64,000 nt of DNA from NCBI RefSeq assembly GCF_006345805.1, contig NC_043000.1, positions 17,050,001 to 17,114,000 on the forward strand. Direction: 5' to 3'. Every line of letters starts with the position of its first letter. The first letter of the stretch is position 1. The notes under the pieces are model-generated. The model searched no databases. It had not been told where the DNA came from and saw nothing but the letters and a program-made list of their open reading frames with translations. The translations under genes were made by a program, and so were the position numbers. Positions 49,261 to 61,740 of this stretch are shown here, piece by piece. The stretch comes from Octopus sinensis. Its lineage: Eukaryota.

Positions 49261-51559
49261 ATAAATTGATCTCGGGACAATAATGAGTGTCTTTTACGAA
49301 ATTTGCAAACTGGATACGATCTAACTCATGTTGGGATGGATGGACGTATGGAGCTGTTAGTTAAAAGGGTCATGAAAGGCATTTGCACTGACCCTTGGGA
49401 ACTAATTGTTATAATGAAGGGTCCATAGAGGAGAGTCCCTAGCAACTAGCCCCACTAGCCAGTTATTTTTGTATGTGAGGACTCAAGGTGCAGTCTCGTA
49501 GTCTGGTTGAGTCAGACTCTAGGGTGCTAACTGTTGCTATGGGAGCAGCTCACTATGGTACTATGGGAAGTTAGGTAGCCTCCACTGTTGCTCCCCTATT
49601 GTGGCCTAAGAAAAATTAAAACGAGGACGAATCCATGATAGTTACCCCAAATACAAACAGCTTTACACACACACAGTGTTGTATGAGAAAGAAATATACG
49701 TAGAGTTTGTGTAGGAAAAAACCGGTATAATGAAAAGCTATATATATATGTGTTTGTGTATGTATATTTGTATAAAACAGGAGTTTAAAAAGGTGTGGTC
49801 ACACACACACAAGCATAAAAAAGAACGGGTGTGAAGTATCTGAATACGAGTTTGAATATTTTTCTGGGTTTAGTGAAACGAATTTAACATATATAACATT
49901 AGAAAATATCTTGAAAATACACGTATACACAATCGCGTATATATATATATACATGCACTTACATACAATCATACAGGCGTTCCTATAGAATAGAGTCGGA
50001 AATTATCCAGTGCGCCAAAAACCATAATTTCTTGGGATATGTAGGTCTTAAAACATCGTATATTACGATTGTACACAAAAGAAACAATAATAAAATATTA
50101 AATTTCGGATCTTTTCCTTTTGAACGGCAGTTTAAAGGAAAAGATCCTAAATTTCTAATCAGGGTGATTTTTTTTTTTCTTGCCTCTCATCCATTTTTTT
50201 TTTTTTTCAGTTTTAACTTTCTTTTGAAAACTATTTTTTTCCTGTGTAGGTTTTAAATATCTGAGATTATGAATCTGCAAAAAATATGCATAACTTTTTT
50301 TTTTTTTTTTAAGATAAATTTTTGGTGGAGAAGGGGAATTCGAAAACAGTCAATCTGATAAAATACAGAAAGAGGTTTGTGGAGGGCAAAAATCTGTCCC
50401 ACCCTATTTTTCTGCAGGCCCACACAAAATCTGTCCCTCTCCACCAAATGGATAAATATAAAGTTTATATATATATATACAAACTATATATATATATATA
50501 TGCATGCATGTACATATGTATAGATATAATAGGTTAGACAAACCTGGTCGATTTTTGTCTCTGGGCTACCTTCACTGCTCACAGCAAGTTTAGCTGACTT
50601 CATGGTTGTTTAGTGACGATTTGTACTTTTGATAGTTTTAAAAAGAACAACTTTTTTTCTTTCACTCTTTTGTTCGAAAAAAGTATGGAATAATGTAAAG
50701 GCTATATTAGTAGTGGGGGAATGCGATTTATGGGATAACAGCTATATATATATGTGTGTATATATGTGTGTGGGAGGGAGAAATAAATATTATATCACAA
50801 TATTATGTAACAATGATTCCTTGTGGCTATTTTGATATGCAGAGCAATTAATTATACTTTTGTGTGTTTTAGATAAATATTTAAATTGTATTTTTTTTTC
50901 CTTCACTAATATTCTGTAGTAAAAACATGTATTTGTATGTAGGTATGAGTGAGTATATATTTGTGACAGTATCAATGTATGTATGTACGTATGTATGTAA
51001 GTATGTATTTATGTATGTATAGCTGTGAAAGCGTGTATAATTGTAAATTGGGTGACGAGTATATATAATTTGTGGGGATATCAATGCATGTTTGTGTAGC
51101 TATATGTTTGCAGATAACACGAAATTTCGAAATCCAACAGAGCTTTTTAAGTTGTTAAATAGTAAAAGATCTCTTTCATAATCACAGTGTATATAACGGA
51201 TATATACTCCTATATGTATATACATATAACGATGGTAGCCTGTATTTGTTTTCTTTCACATAGAGTAACCGGGTACTACAATAATTCTGTATGTCCACTT
51301 CAAGGTACCCGGTTTCCTGCCGAGCGGTGTCCTTTTTTTTTCAGAGTTGGCTTAGATGCTGCCGTTGTCCCTCTTTTAGTCAGTCTGTGTGTCCGACACA
51401 ATTCACGCCCTGCCTTGCTGAATGCCCAGCTGGGGAAGAAGCAACGAGTTGCTCAGACAGCCGGCACATACCATTTCGCTGGCAACGAGGGGAGTACAGG
51501 ATGACAGTCAGCCAAAAAACCGTCGCTATGCCGTCTCACTTTTTTCTTCTCTCTGTCCC

Positions 51560-51744
51560 CCTCTCTCTATACGTAGAGGGCTCAATACGATTATCTATCT
51601 CTCTATCTATCTATCTATCTATGTGTGTATATGTATCTGTGTGTATGTATGATATGTATATAATAATAAACCCGTCTTATTTTTACACTATCCTCTTTTT
51701 CTTCTCTTCTCTCTTTCTCTCTATCTATCTATCTATCTATCTAT

Positions 51745-51810
<66 letters not shown>

Positions 51811-52196
51811 GTGTGCATATGTATCTGTGTGTATGTATGATATGTATATAATAATAAACCCGTCTTATTTTACACTATCCTCTTTTTCTTCTTTTCTCTC
51901 TCTCTCGCGCTCTCTCTCTCTATTTAACTATCCATCTATCGTCTGTGTCTGGGGCGGTTCTTTCACTATTTTTTTGTTGTCCCACACAAATCGACCCCCG
52001 TCACACTGTGTATCTCTCCTTCTCTCTCTCTCTCTTTCTATCTCTAATAGTTTTAATTTTATTTGTTTCTTTAAAGTCAGTTTTTTTCTCACTTATATCT
52101 TTCTCCTACTTAATATTGTTATTATATTATCATTATATCTTTCATTCTTTTATTCTCTCATTCAATCTCTCTCTCTCTCTCTCCTCGCAGCTTTAT

Positions 52197-52247
<51 letters not shown>

Positions 52248-52320
52248 ACTCTCTCACACTTCATCTTCCTGCAATTTCAGTCTCTCGTTTTACTGCACGC
52301 ACGCACGCTCGCTTATGCAC

Positions 52321-52351
<31 letters not shown>

Positions 52352-52582
52352 GTCTCACACACACACACACACATACATACACAACCCACTCACGCAGACA
52401 TATATACACTTTCGAGACTAATAATTTTCTTCTCTTTGTCTGTCTGTCTGTCTGTCTCTCTTTCTCTCTCTCTCACGCACACACACACACACATACATAC
52501 ATAACCCACTCACGCAGACATATACACACTTTCGAGACTAGGAATTTTCTTCTCTTTCTCTGTCTGTTTGTCTGTCTGTCTA

Positions 52583-52631
<49 letters not shown>

Positions 52632-52704
52632 ACTCTCTCACACTTCATCTTCCTGCAATTTCAGTCTCTCGTTTTACTGCACGCACGCACGCTCGCTTAT
52701 GCAC

Positions 52705-52737
<33 letters not shown>

Positions 52738-52969
52738 GTCTCACACACACACACACACATACATACACAACCCACTCACGCAGACATATATACACTTTCG
52801 AGACTAATAATTTTCTTCTCTTTGTCTGTCTGTCTGTCTGTCTCTCTTTCTCTCTCTCTCACGCACACACACACACACATACATACATAACCCACTCACG
52901 CAGACATATACACACTTTCGAGACTAGGAATTTTCTTCTCTTTCTCTGTCTGTTTGTCTGTCTGTCTAT

Positions 52970-53001
<32 letters not shown>

Positions 53002-53430
53002 ACCATACACTTTCAATCTATCCATCCATACACACATTATCACTCGCCATGCACACTCTCATTCCTTCTACTTAGACACACTCACACACACACACACACA
53101 TACACACACACACATACACACACACACACACACACACTTTTTCTCTCAAAACACACACACACACATACACTTTTTCTCTCAAAACACATACACACACACA
53201 CACACTTTTTCTTTCAAAACACACACGCAAACATTTCTTTTTCTCTCAAAACACACACACATACACACACACACATACACACACACACTTTTTCTCTCAA
53301 AACACACACACACACATACACACTTTTTCTCTCAAAACACACACACACACACTTTTTCTTTCAAAACACACACGCAAACATTTCTTTTTCTCTCAAAACA
53401 CACACACTTATTCTCTTTTCTAAAGACAAA
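51560..53430. repeat. Pyrimidine-rich compound microsatellite region with nested duplications
   Basis: (CTAT)n, (CT)n, (CTGT)n and (CA)n; ~380-bp unit duplicated at 52243 and 52627; ~30-bp CACACTTTTTCTCTCAAAA minisatellite at 53130-53410. Confidence 0.88.
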
Positions 53431-53874
53431 AAAAAAATCACACTTTATGTCGTACACACCTACACGCTTATTCATTCACTTATATATCTATCTACACACG
53501 CAATCCCTTCTACTCTTTTTCCGTCACTCAGATATATAAACACTCTACCTCACATAACCCCTTTCACCGTGAACGTTTTAGATTTTGGCAGAAGTTTTGG
53601 TATTTTTTAGTTTGCTTTCCTGTTTCTTACCCACCCACCCCCTCTTCTTTAGATAAAATACACTTAGATGTGTGAGTATACACATACACATACATGCATA
53701 CGTACATACATACGCACGTACATACATACGTACATACATACATATGTACATACATAGAATTATCAACATAATCTAAGCAGGGAAATTGCATATACACATG
53801 CTTATACACGCTCACACACATACAGATATACTGACATAATCACATACAAATGCATGATTATACACATACATAGA

Positions 53875-53965
53875 AACATATATATATATATATAATATAT
53901 AATATATTATATATATATTATACTATATATATATATAAACATATATAATATATATATATATATAC

Positions 53966-54024
<59 letters not shown>

Positions 54025-54222
54025 ATATAATATCTACATATATATATATGTATATATATATAAATATTAATGTATATTATATATTATATATATATATATA
54101 TTTACTATATATATATGTATATATATACATATGTATATGTATTATATATATTATATATTATTATATATAATATATATATACACATATATATATATGATAT
54201 ATATATACATATGTCTATGTAT

Positions 54223-54259
<37 letters not shown>

Positions 54260-54305
54260 CTATATTATATATACACACATTTATATATATATATGTATGT
54301 ATATA
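53875..54305. repeat. Degenerate (TA)n tract
   Basis: Almost exclusively A/T alternation. Confidence 0.92.
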
Positions 54306-54315
54306 CAACACACAC

Positions 54316-54527
54316 TCATTGTGACCGCGTGTGTATCGTTGGCGATTTTCTTTCTCCGTCTTCCCTTCCTTGGACCTTTCCTTTTTCTATGGTTCTGACG
54401 AAGAGCTCCGCTCGAAATGTTAAATCCTCCTTCTTTCTTTCCTTTCCTGAGCGTCCAATAACACTATACTTGTTCTACGTTCTCACATTGTTGTGTTTTC
54501 TCTTTGTTCATGTTTGGATTAATTATA
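54316..54527 (+). mobile_element. Solo PLE pseudo-LTR-like element (family F4) with HHR at 54391-54426
   Basis: ggtt-CTGACGA-a-GAGC tcc GCTC-GAAA-tgt-TA-aatc; embedded in (TA)n. Confidence 0.7.
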
Positions 54528-54534
54528 TATATAC

Positions 54535-55260
54535 ATCATCATCATCATCATTTAGCGTCCGCTTTCCATGCTAGCATGGGTTGGACGGTTCAACTGGGGT
54601 CTGTGAAGCCAGAAGGCTGCATCAGCCCCAGTTGATCTGGCAGTGTTTTCTACGGCTGGATGCCCTTCTAACGCCAACCACTCCGTGAGTGTAGGGGTGC
54701 TTTTTTACGTGCCACCCACACAGGTGCCAGACGGAGCTGGCAAACGGCCACGAACGGATGGTGCTTTTTGTGTGCCACCAGCACGGGGGCCAGGCGAAGG
54801 CTGGCAAGGACACGAACAGATGGTGCTTTTACGTGCCACCGGCACGGAGGCCAGTCGGGCGGCGGCGGTGGCAACGGCCACGATCGGATGGTTCGCTTAA
54901 CCACGCTGCAATTTCCATTGATGTTGATCGACTTAAATTTTGGTGTTCTGTTCTGATATCTGATATATATATAATATAAATATATATATATCATCATCAT
55001 CATCATCATCCGTTTAACGTCCGCTTTCCGCGCTAGCACGGGTTGGACGGTTTGACCGGGTCTGGAAAGCCAGGGCCCGCTCCAGGCTCCAGTCTGAATC
55101 TGGCAGGCAGAGTTTCTACGGCTGGATGGCCCTTCCTAACGCCAACCACTCCGTGAGTGGATTGGGTGCTTTTTACGTGCCACCTGCACAGGGGCGGAGG
55201 GTCCGGCATCGTCACGATCGGATTCGAGCATTTTAACGTGTCAGCGGCACGGGGGCAACG
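54535..55260 (-). mobile_element. Two adjacent SINE family D copies (54535-54900, 54992-55260)
   Basis: Each starts with (CAT)n and the shared domain. Confidence 0.8.
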
Positions 55261-55698
55261 AGGTCCGGGGTACTTTGGGGATGGGGGTATTTTGGGGATC
55301 CGGGGTACTTTGGGGATCCGGGGTACTTAGAATGGGTAGGGGGGTACTTAGAAGGGGTAGGGGGGTACTTAGAATGGGTAGGTGACGAGGCGGGAGGGTA
55401 CTAAAAGGGGATGGTCGGATTGAGGCAGTGTCAGGAGAAGCGTAAGATCGGTGGCAGTTGATGAGCTATGCGCTAGCAGCTTGTCTTAAGCATATGAGGA
55501 GAAGTGGTAGTGGGAGGAGGAGGAGGGAGTAGGGCGTACCCAGTGTAGATGAGTAAGGTGTATCCGGTGTAGATAGAGAGAACGGGGTATACTGGTATTG
55601 GTGGTGGGGGGGATGAGAACAGTGTTCAACGGTAGTGGTGGTGGGGGTGAGAACAGTGTTCAACGGTATTGGTGGTGGGGGGGGGGGGGCGGGCGCAC

Positions 55699-56882
55699 GC
55701 CAATGACTGAAAGATGGGAAAAAGATGGGATTACGGCTTGAGGCAGCCTGCGGTTAAATATTGTAGAGAGAGAAGATAGGAAGATAAATTCAAGTTATGG
55801 CGAAGGCTTGAAAGTATCTTAAAAAGGTTAAATTTTCGTAACAGTGTATGATAAAACGTATTAACAACGAATAAAAAATATAGTAAGATAAATTTTTTAA
55901 GAACTTGCTGCGGTCATCGAGCGGGAGTTGAAATTGAAGAAGAAAGTAGTTGAACGGGAATTTAAATTGCAGAATCGTAATAGTAATAGTAATGGCGGTT
56001 TTCAAGTTTTAGCATATGAAGAAGAAGAGGAGGAAAAAGAAGACCGCCAATGACTGAAAGATGGGAAAAAGATGGGATTACGGCTTGAGGCAGCCTGCGG
56101 TTAAATATTGTAGAGAGAGATAGGAAGATATAAATCAAGTTATTGGCGAAGGCTTGAAAGTATCTTAAAAAGGTTAAATTTTCGTAACAGTGTATGAATA
56201 AACGTATTAACAACGAATAAAAATATAGTAAGATAAATTTTTAAGAACTTGCTCGGTCATCGAGCGGGAGTTGAAATTGAAGAAGAAAGTAGTTGAACTG
56301 GGAATTTAAATTGCAGAATCGTAATAGTAATAGTAATGGCGGTTTTCAAGTTTTAGCATAGAAGAAGAAGAGGAGGAAAAAGAAGACCGCCAATGACTGA
56401 AAGATGGGAAAAAGATGGGATTACGGCTTGAGGCAGCCTGCGGTTAAATATTGTAGAGAGAGAGATAGGAAGATAAATCAGTTATGGCGAAGGCTTGAAA
56501 GTATCTTAAAAAGGTTAAATTTTCGTAACAGTGTATGAATAAACGTATTAACAACGAATAAAAATATAGTAGATAAAATTTTTTAAGAACTGCTGCGGTC
56601 ATCGAGCGGGAGTTGAAATGAGAAGGAAAGTAAGTTTGAAAGGAATTAAATTGCAGAATCGTAATAGTAATAGTAATGGCGGTTTTCAAGTTTTAGCATA
56701 TGAAGAAGAAGAGGAGGAAAAAGAAGACGCCAATGACTGAAAGATGGGAAAAAGATGGGATTACGGCTTGAGGCAGCCTGCGGTTAAATATTGTAGAGAG
56801 AGAGATAGGAAGATAAATCAAGTTATGGCGAAGGCTTGAAAGTATCTTAAAAAAGGTTAAATTTTCGTAACAGTGTATGAAT
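55699..56882. repeat. Unclassified ~345-bp tandem array, about 3.5 units
   Basis: GCCAATGACTGAAAG recurs at 55699, 56046, 56389 and 56729; ends in (AT)n. Confidence 0.92.
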
Positions 56883-57615
56883 ATATATATATATGTATAT
56901 ATATAAGACATCCAGCAGTAGAAACCATGTCAAATCAGACTGGAGTCTGGTGCAGCCTTCCAGCTTCCCAGTCCTGGTTAAACTGTCCAACCCATGCCAG
57001 CATGGACAACGGACGTTAAATGATGATGATGATGATGATGGTGATGATATACAGTTATATACACACACACACAAACATATACAGATGTGTGTACAATCTC
57101 ATACAGATATGCATACAACCAGACATTCACATACACATAGATATGTACATATATCGGATCTTTTCTTTTAAGCCTAGCACTTATTCTATTGGTCTCTTTT
57201 GCTGAACTGCTAAGTTATAGGGACAATAAACAAACCAACACCAGTTGTCAAGCAGTGGTGAGGGACAAACTCAAACATGAAGACACACATACATACACGC
57301 ATGCACTCACACTCACACACACACACACACACATACACATATTGGGCTTCTTTCAGTTTCCATCTACTAAATCCATTCCATGCGGGTGGGAAGCAAACCA
57401 CACAGCCATGCCACATACAAGCCACATACACCTACATACATATCTATATATACATATACAGACATACACACACATGCATACACACACTATATAGTATATA
57501 CCTACATACAGTGAGTTCTATGCACATGTACCCATGGCTTGCATCTTCAACCAGCACTGCAATAATATTTCTCTCTACAGAGATCTACTCCAAACCACAA
57601 AAACATAAGACATTA

Positions 57616-57652
<37 letters not shown>

Positions 57653-57654
57653 AG

Positions 57655-57831
57655 AGATGTACTTGCATAGCGAGTGACTTGATCTGAGATCATGTGCTGG
57701 AATGAAAACATGCGCAGCACGAAGCTTTGTCGGTGAACAGGTTGCCGTCTCAAAGAGACAAAAATATTTTGACAAATTAACGGTTTTGTGTGTTTCTTAA
57801 ATGGCTTATAAACACCTTCCACGCTGCAATT
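57655..57831. mobile_element. Family F5 element with 5' inversion inside (ATT)n; mutated G3:C8 HHR at 57726-57776
   Basis: 3' end on the minus strand (57655-57711), 5' part on the plus strand; TTTGTCG-GTGAACA-g-...-AAAA-ATATTT-TGACAAA (G12>A). Confidence 0.65.
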
Positions 57832-57844
57832 ATTATTATTATTA

Positions 57845-57882
<38 letters not shown>

Positions 57883-58348
57883 GTCATTGTTGTTAGGGCA
57901 GTGAGCTGGCAGAATCATTTGCACACATCGTTTGCAGGCAAAATGCTTTGTGGTATTTCATCCATCTTTATATTCAGAGTTCAAATGCTGTCAATGCTGA
58001 CTTTGCTTTCCATCCTTCAGGGTCGATAAAATAAATATCAGTTGAATACTGGAGTTGGTGTAATTGGTTTAAGCCCTCTCCCAAAAATTACTGGCCTTGT
58101 GCCAAAATTTAAAATCATTATTATTATTATTGTTGTTGCTCTTATTATTCCTTAGTATTCACTACAATGAAAGAAAAGCCTGTTTGAAAAAACATTGCTG
58201 TAGAAATTAAAGAAACAGATAATTTCTGAAGGAGAAAGGTGTATCAATTTAAATGCTCTCAGCATGGCGTGCAGATCGGTCAAATCTACAATCTGTACTA
58301 TTTTAAAAAGAAAGATTAAGCTAAAAAATACATCAATAGCCAATGGTT

Positions 58349-58731
58349 GGAAGCACTCCGTCGGTTACGACGACAAGGGTTCCGGTTGATCCGAATCAAT
58401 GGAACAGCCTGCTCGTGAAATTAACGTGTAAGTGGCTGAGCACTCCACAGACACGTGTACCCTTAACGTAGTTCTCGGGGATATTCAGCGTGACACAGAG
58501 AGTGACAAGGCCGGCCCTTTGAAATACAGGTACAACAGAAACAGGAAGTAAGAGTGAGAGAAAGTTGTGGTGAAAGAGTACAGCAGGGATCACCACCATC
58601 CCCTGCCGGAGCCTCGTGGAGCTTTTTAGGTGTTTTCGCTCAATAAACACTCACAACGCCCGGTCTGGGAATCAAAACCGCGATCCTATGACCGCGAGCC
58701 CACTGCCCTAACCACTGGGCCATTGCGCCTC
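58349..58731 (-). mobile_element. SINE family A inserted in the Tigger fossil
   Basis: Full length; 10-bp TSD AGCCAATGGT. Confidence 0.9.
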
Positions 58732-58789
58732 CACAGCCAATGGTACCTGTAAGGCCAATAACACTTGTGTCTTGCTTATTAATGAAATG

Positions 58790-59163
58790 AAAAACAACAA
58801 GAGCACTCAGAGAGTGCAAACCTCCACCAAAGCAACACCAACACCTTCTCAACTGTTAGCACGAAATGATTTTTAAAATGAGAAATCCTGAAATAAACTC
58901 GACTGCTCTCACAAACGAGAATATTAAAAATGAACCCAACCACTCCCAAAAATTAAGTTTAAAAAATGGAAAAATAATCCAGAATCCTTGCCTGGTACTG
59001 GATCGATCCCAAAATCTAATAAGTTTGTGCCAGTTACGAAGCCAAATATCCCTGAAAGTTTCATCCAAATCCATCCAGCAGTTCTTGAGATATCTTGCCC
59101 ACAGACAAACAAACAAACCCAACTGAAAACAATACCTCTGCCTTCGCCAAGGTGGAGGTAATA
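58790..59163 (-). mobile_element. Helentron-associated non-autonomous element (HINE/DINE-1-like)
   Basis: Minus strand starts TTATTACCTCCACCTTGGCG...GGTATTGTTTTC, followed by (GTTT)n and TGGATGGATTTGGATGAAAC; subterminal ACCTCC.CCAA repeat. Confidence 0.6.
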
Positions 59164-59219
59164 AACTGATGACTCAGTGTGTGGAAGCATTTATTTGTGA
59201 AAAAGCTTAGTCCCTTTAT

Positions 59220-59511
59220 GGAGATGTACTTGCATAGCACGTGACTTGATCTGAGATCGTGTGCTAGACCGAAAACAATTGCAGCGTGGAAGGCGTTTAT
59301 AAGCCAATTAAGAAACACACGAAAACCATTAGATTCACTTCAACATTTAAATTGAATTTGTCAAAATATTTTCGTTGCTTTGAGACCTCGACCTGTTCAC
59401 TGACAAAACTTCATGCTGCGTCAGTGAACAGGTCGCAGTCTAAAAGCGATGAAAATATTTTGACAAATTAAATTTAAATGTTGAAGTGAATCTAACGGTT
59501 TTTGTGTGTTT
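59220..59511. mobile_element. Family F5 element with ~100-bp inverted arms, two G3:C8 HHR motifs and a 14-bp TSD
   Basis: TSD CTTAGTCCCTTTAT (59206-59219, 59512-59525); arms ~59310-59407 and ~59420-59511 are reverse complements. Confidence 0.8.
59420..59467 (+). ncRNA. Candidate minimal type I hammerhead with G3:C8 core (F5)
   Basis: GTCA-GTGAACA-g-GTCGC agtctaaaa GCGAT-GAAA-ATAT-TT-TGAC; AATATT palindromic stem III; UUU site. Confidence 0.6.
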
Positions 59512-60061
59512 CTTAGTCCCTTTATAAATAGTTTAAGAAGGCTACTAGTACTGAGTGTGATGTAAATCCAGCAGGATTTAAAGCTAGCATGGGTTGGTTT
59601 GAACCTTTTAAAAAACACTTGGATATTCGTAGTGTTGTAATGTATAGAGAAAGTTGTTACACAATGATTTTATGTCAAGTCTTGTGAGCTTATGAAGTGA
59701 GATTTATTTTCTTAATAGGATTTTAACTGTGAGGAGATGGGTTTTTTCTTGGAAATAATGTCTAGAAGTTCTTATATCACACAAGGGGAAGTGAAATTGC
59801 CTGGACAAAAACTGATGAAGGATAGATAAATGTTACTCTTCTGTATCAATGCCTGAAGGTATTTGAAGATGAAATCATTCCAAGGATGCTCAAGAACATC
59901 AACAAGAACAGGTTTGGTGTTCAGTGGGATTGAAACTCAAGGGCTTGGGTTACTGCTAATCTGTTTACAGCGTGGTTCAGTCATATGTTTGTGACCACCA
60001 CCACCACCACCACCACCACCACCACCACCACTCACCACAACAACAACAACAACAACATATA

Positions 60062-60462
60062 CTCTTTACTCTCTTTCACTTGTTTCAGTCATTTGACTGC
60101 GGCCATGCTGGAGCACCGCCTTTAGTCAAGCAAATCGACCCCGGGACTTATTCTTTGTAAGCCCAGTGCTTATTCTATCGGTCTCTTTTGCCAAACTGCT
60201 AAGTGACGGGGACGTAAACACACCAGCATCAAGCAATGCTAGGGGGACAAACACAGACACACAAACACACACATATATATATATATATATACATATATAT
60301 GACAGGCTTCTTTCAGTTTCCGTCTACCAAATCCACTCACAAGGCATTGGTCAGCCCAGGGCTATAGCAGAAGACACTTGCCCAAGGTGCCATGCAGTGG
60401 GACTTAACCCGGAACCATGTGGTTGGTTAGCAAGCTACTTACCACACAGCCACTCTTGCGCC
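60062..60462 (-). mobile_element. CORE-like SINE inserted in the Tigger fossil
   Basis: Full-length reverse-complement match. Confidence 0.88.
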
Positions 60463-60701
60463 TAAGGTTCTTCTATGACTAAGGTTCTTCTAACAAAAGC
60501 TCTTCTTGTCAGGATAAGGTTCTTGTATGTCATCCTAACTTTTTGGATCAAACACCTCGGGAGTATGATTTTATCAAAATCTATTGCATGCTTTCCAATA
60601 TCACTCCCACGAACCAATAAATAAATACACATTCTGAAAAAAAAAAAAGTGCAACCAAAGCATCTATTCAGAGCCTATTTTGAAGTTACTTTATTGTAAC
60701 A

Positions 60702-61075
60702 CTAGCAGTATCGCCCGGCGTTGCTCGGGTTTGTAAGGGAAATAACTATAAAGCATTTTTAGAGAGTTATAGCCAAAAACTGGAAAAAAAATGATGGTAA
60801 TTTTTTTTTTTTAGTTAAAAAGGTCGAGTTGCGTCCTCTAGACAGTCTGTGGTTTTGTGTTTCTGATTCTCAACCCCATGTCGAATTTATCGATTTTTTT
60901 CAGAACTGGGGGAACTTTTCAAAATTTTCGCTGCGTTAGTTTTGAATTATGACATTGGGCTATGTGTGTGTCAAGTTTCATCAGAATCGGTTGAAAGCCG
61001 TGGTCAGGGTGAGGGTACAACCTAACAGACACACAGAAACACACACAGACAAACTGCCGTTTATATATAGAGAGA
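60702..61075 (-). mobile_element. Non-autonomous Helitron inserted in the Tigger fossil
   Basis: Minus strand TCTCTCTATATATAAAC...CCCGAGCAACGCCGGG hairpin...CTAG; lies between A and T; no TSD. Confidence 0.75.
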
Positions 61076-61125
61076 TTTAAAGAGTTTCAGAGAAATCACT
61101 TCCTCATTGCAGATGCAGTACATTT

Positions 61126-61507
61126 CGATGGAAGCACTCCGTTGGTTACGACGATGAGGGTTCCAGTTGATCTGACCAACGGAACAGCCTGCTCGTGAAA
61201 TTAACGTGTAAGTGGCTGAGCACTCCACAGACACGTGTACCCTTAATGTAGTTCTCGGGGATATTCAGCGTGACATAGAGAGTGACAAGGCCGGCCCTTT
61301 GAAATACAGGTACAACAGAAACAGAAGAAAGAGAGAGAAAGTTGTGGTGAAAGAGTACAGCAGGGATCACCACCATCCCCTGCCGGAGCCTTGTGGAGCT
61401 TTAGGTGTTTTCGCTCAATAAACACTCACAACGCTCGGTCTGGGAATCGAAACCGCGATCCTACGACCGCGAGTCCGCTGCCCTAACCACTGGGCCATTG
61501 CGCCTCC
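61126..61507 (-). mobile_element. SINE family A inserted in the Tigger fossil
   Basis: 13-bp TSD ATGCAGTACATTT (61113-61125, 61508-61520). Confidence 0.92.
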
Positions 61508-61740
61508 ATGCAGTACATTTAACAGCGAGATCATTAGAAGTACTTGAACTCTTCTTGGAGAGAGCTGTGATCTGATACTGTCACTTCAAGGACTTTGAAT
61601 TGTTTGAGCCTATAATTGAAGAAATTAACATATTTGAGTAATTAGAGAAGCTTAAATGTGAACAAAGAGGATAAGAATGACTTGGGTGATGGCAATAATC
61701 CATTGAAAATCTGAATGAACTTCAGTGGGAAGAGGCTGAA

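Noticed and set aside
51291-53610. ORFs of 150-230 aa rich in S/L/H/T
   Set aside because: They derive from (CT)n, (CA)n and (CTAT)n repeats; the non-repetitive start shows no recognisable domain
55699-56882. Hammerhead search in the 345-bp units (GAAAGTATCT, GAAAATTT)
   Set aside because: No core heptamer with a matching stem I on either strand
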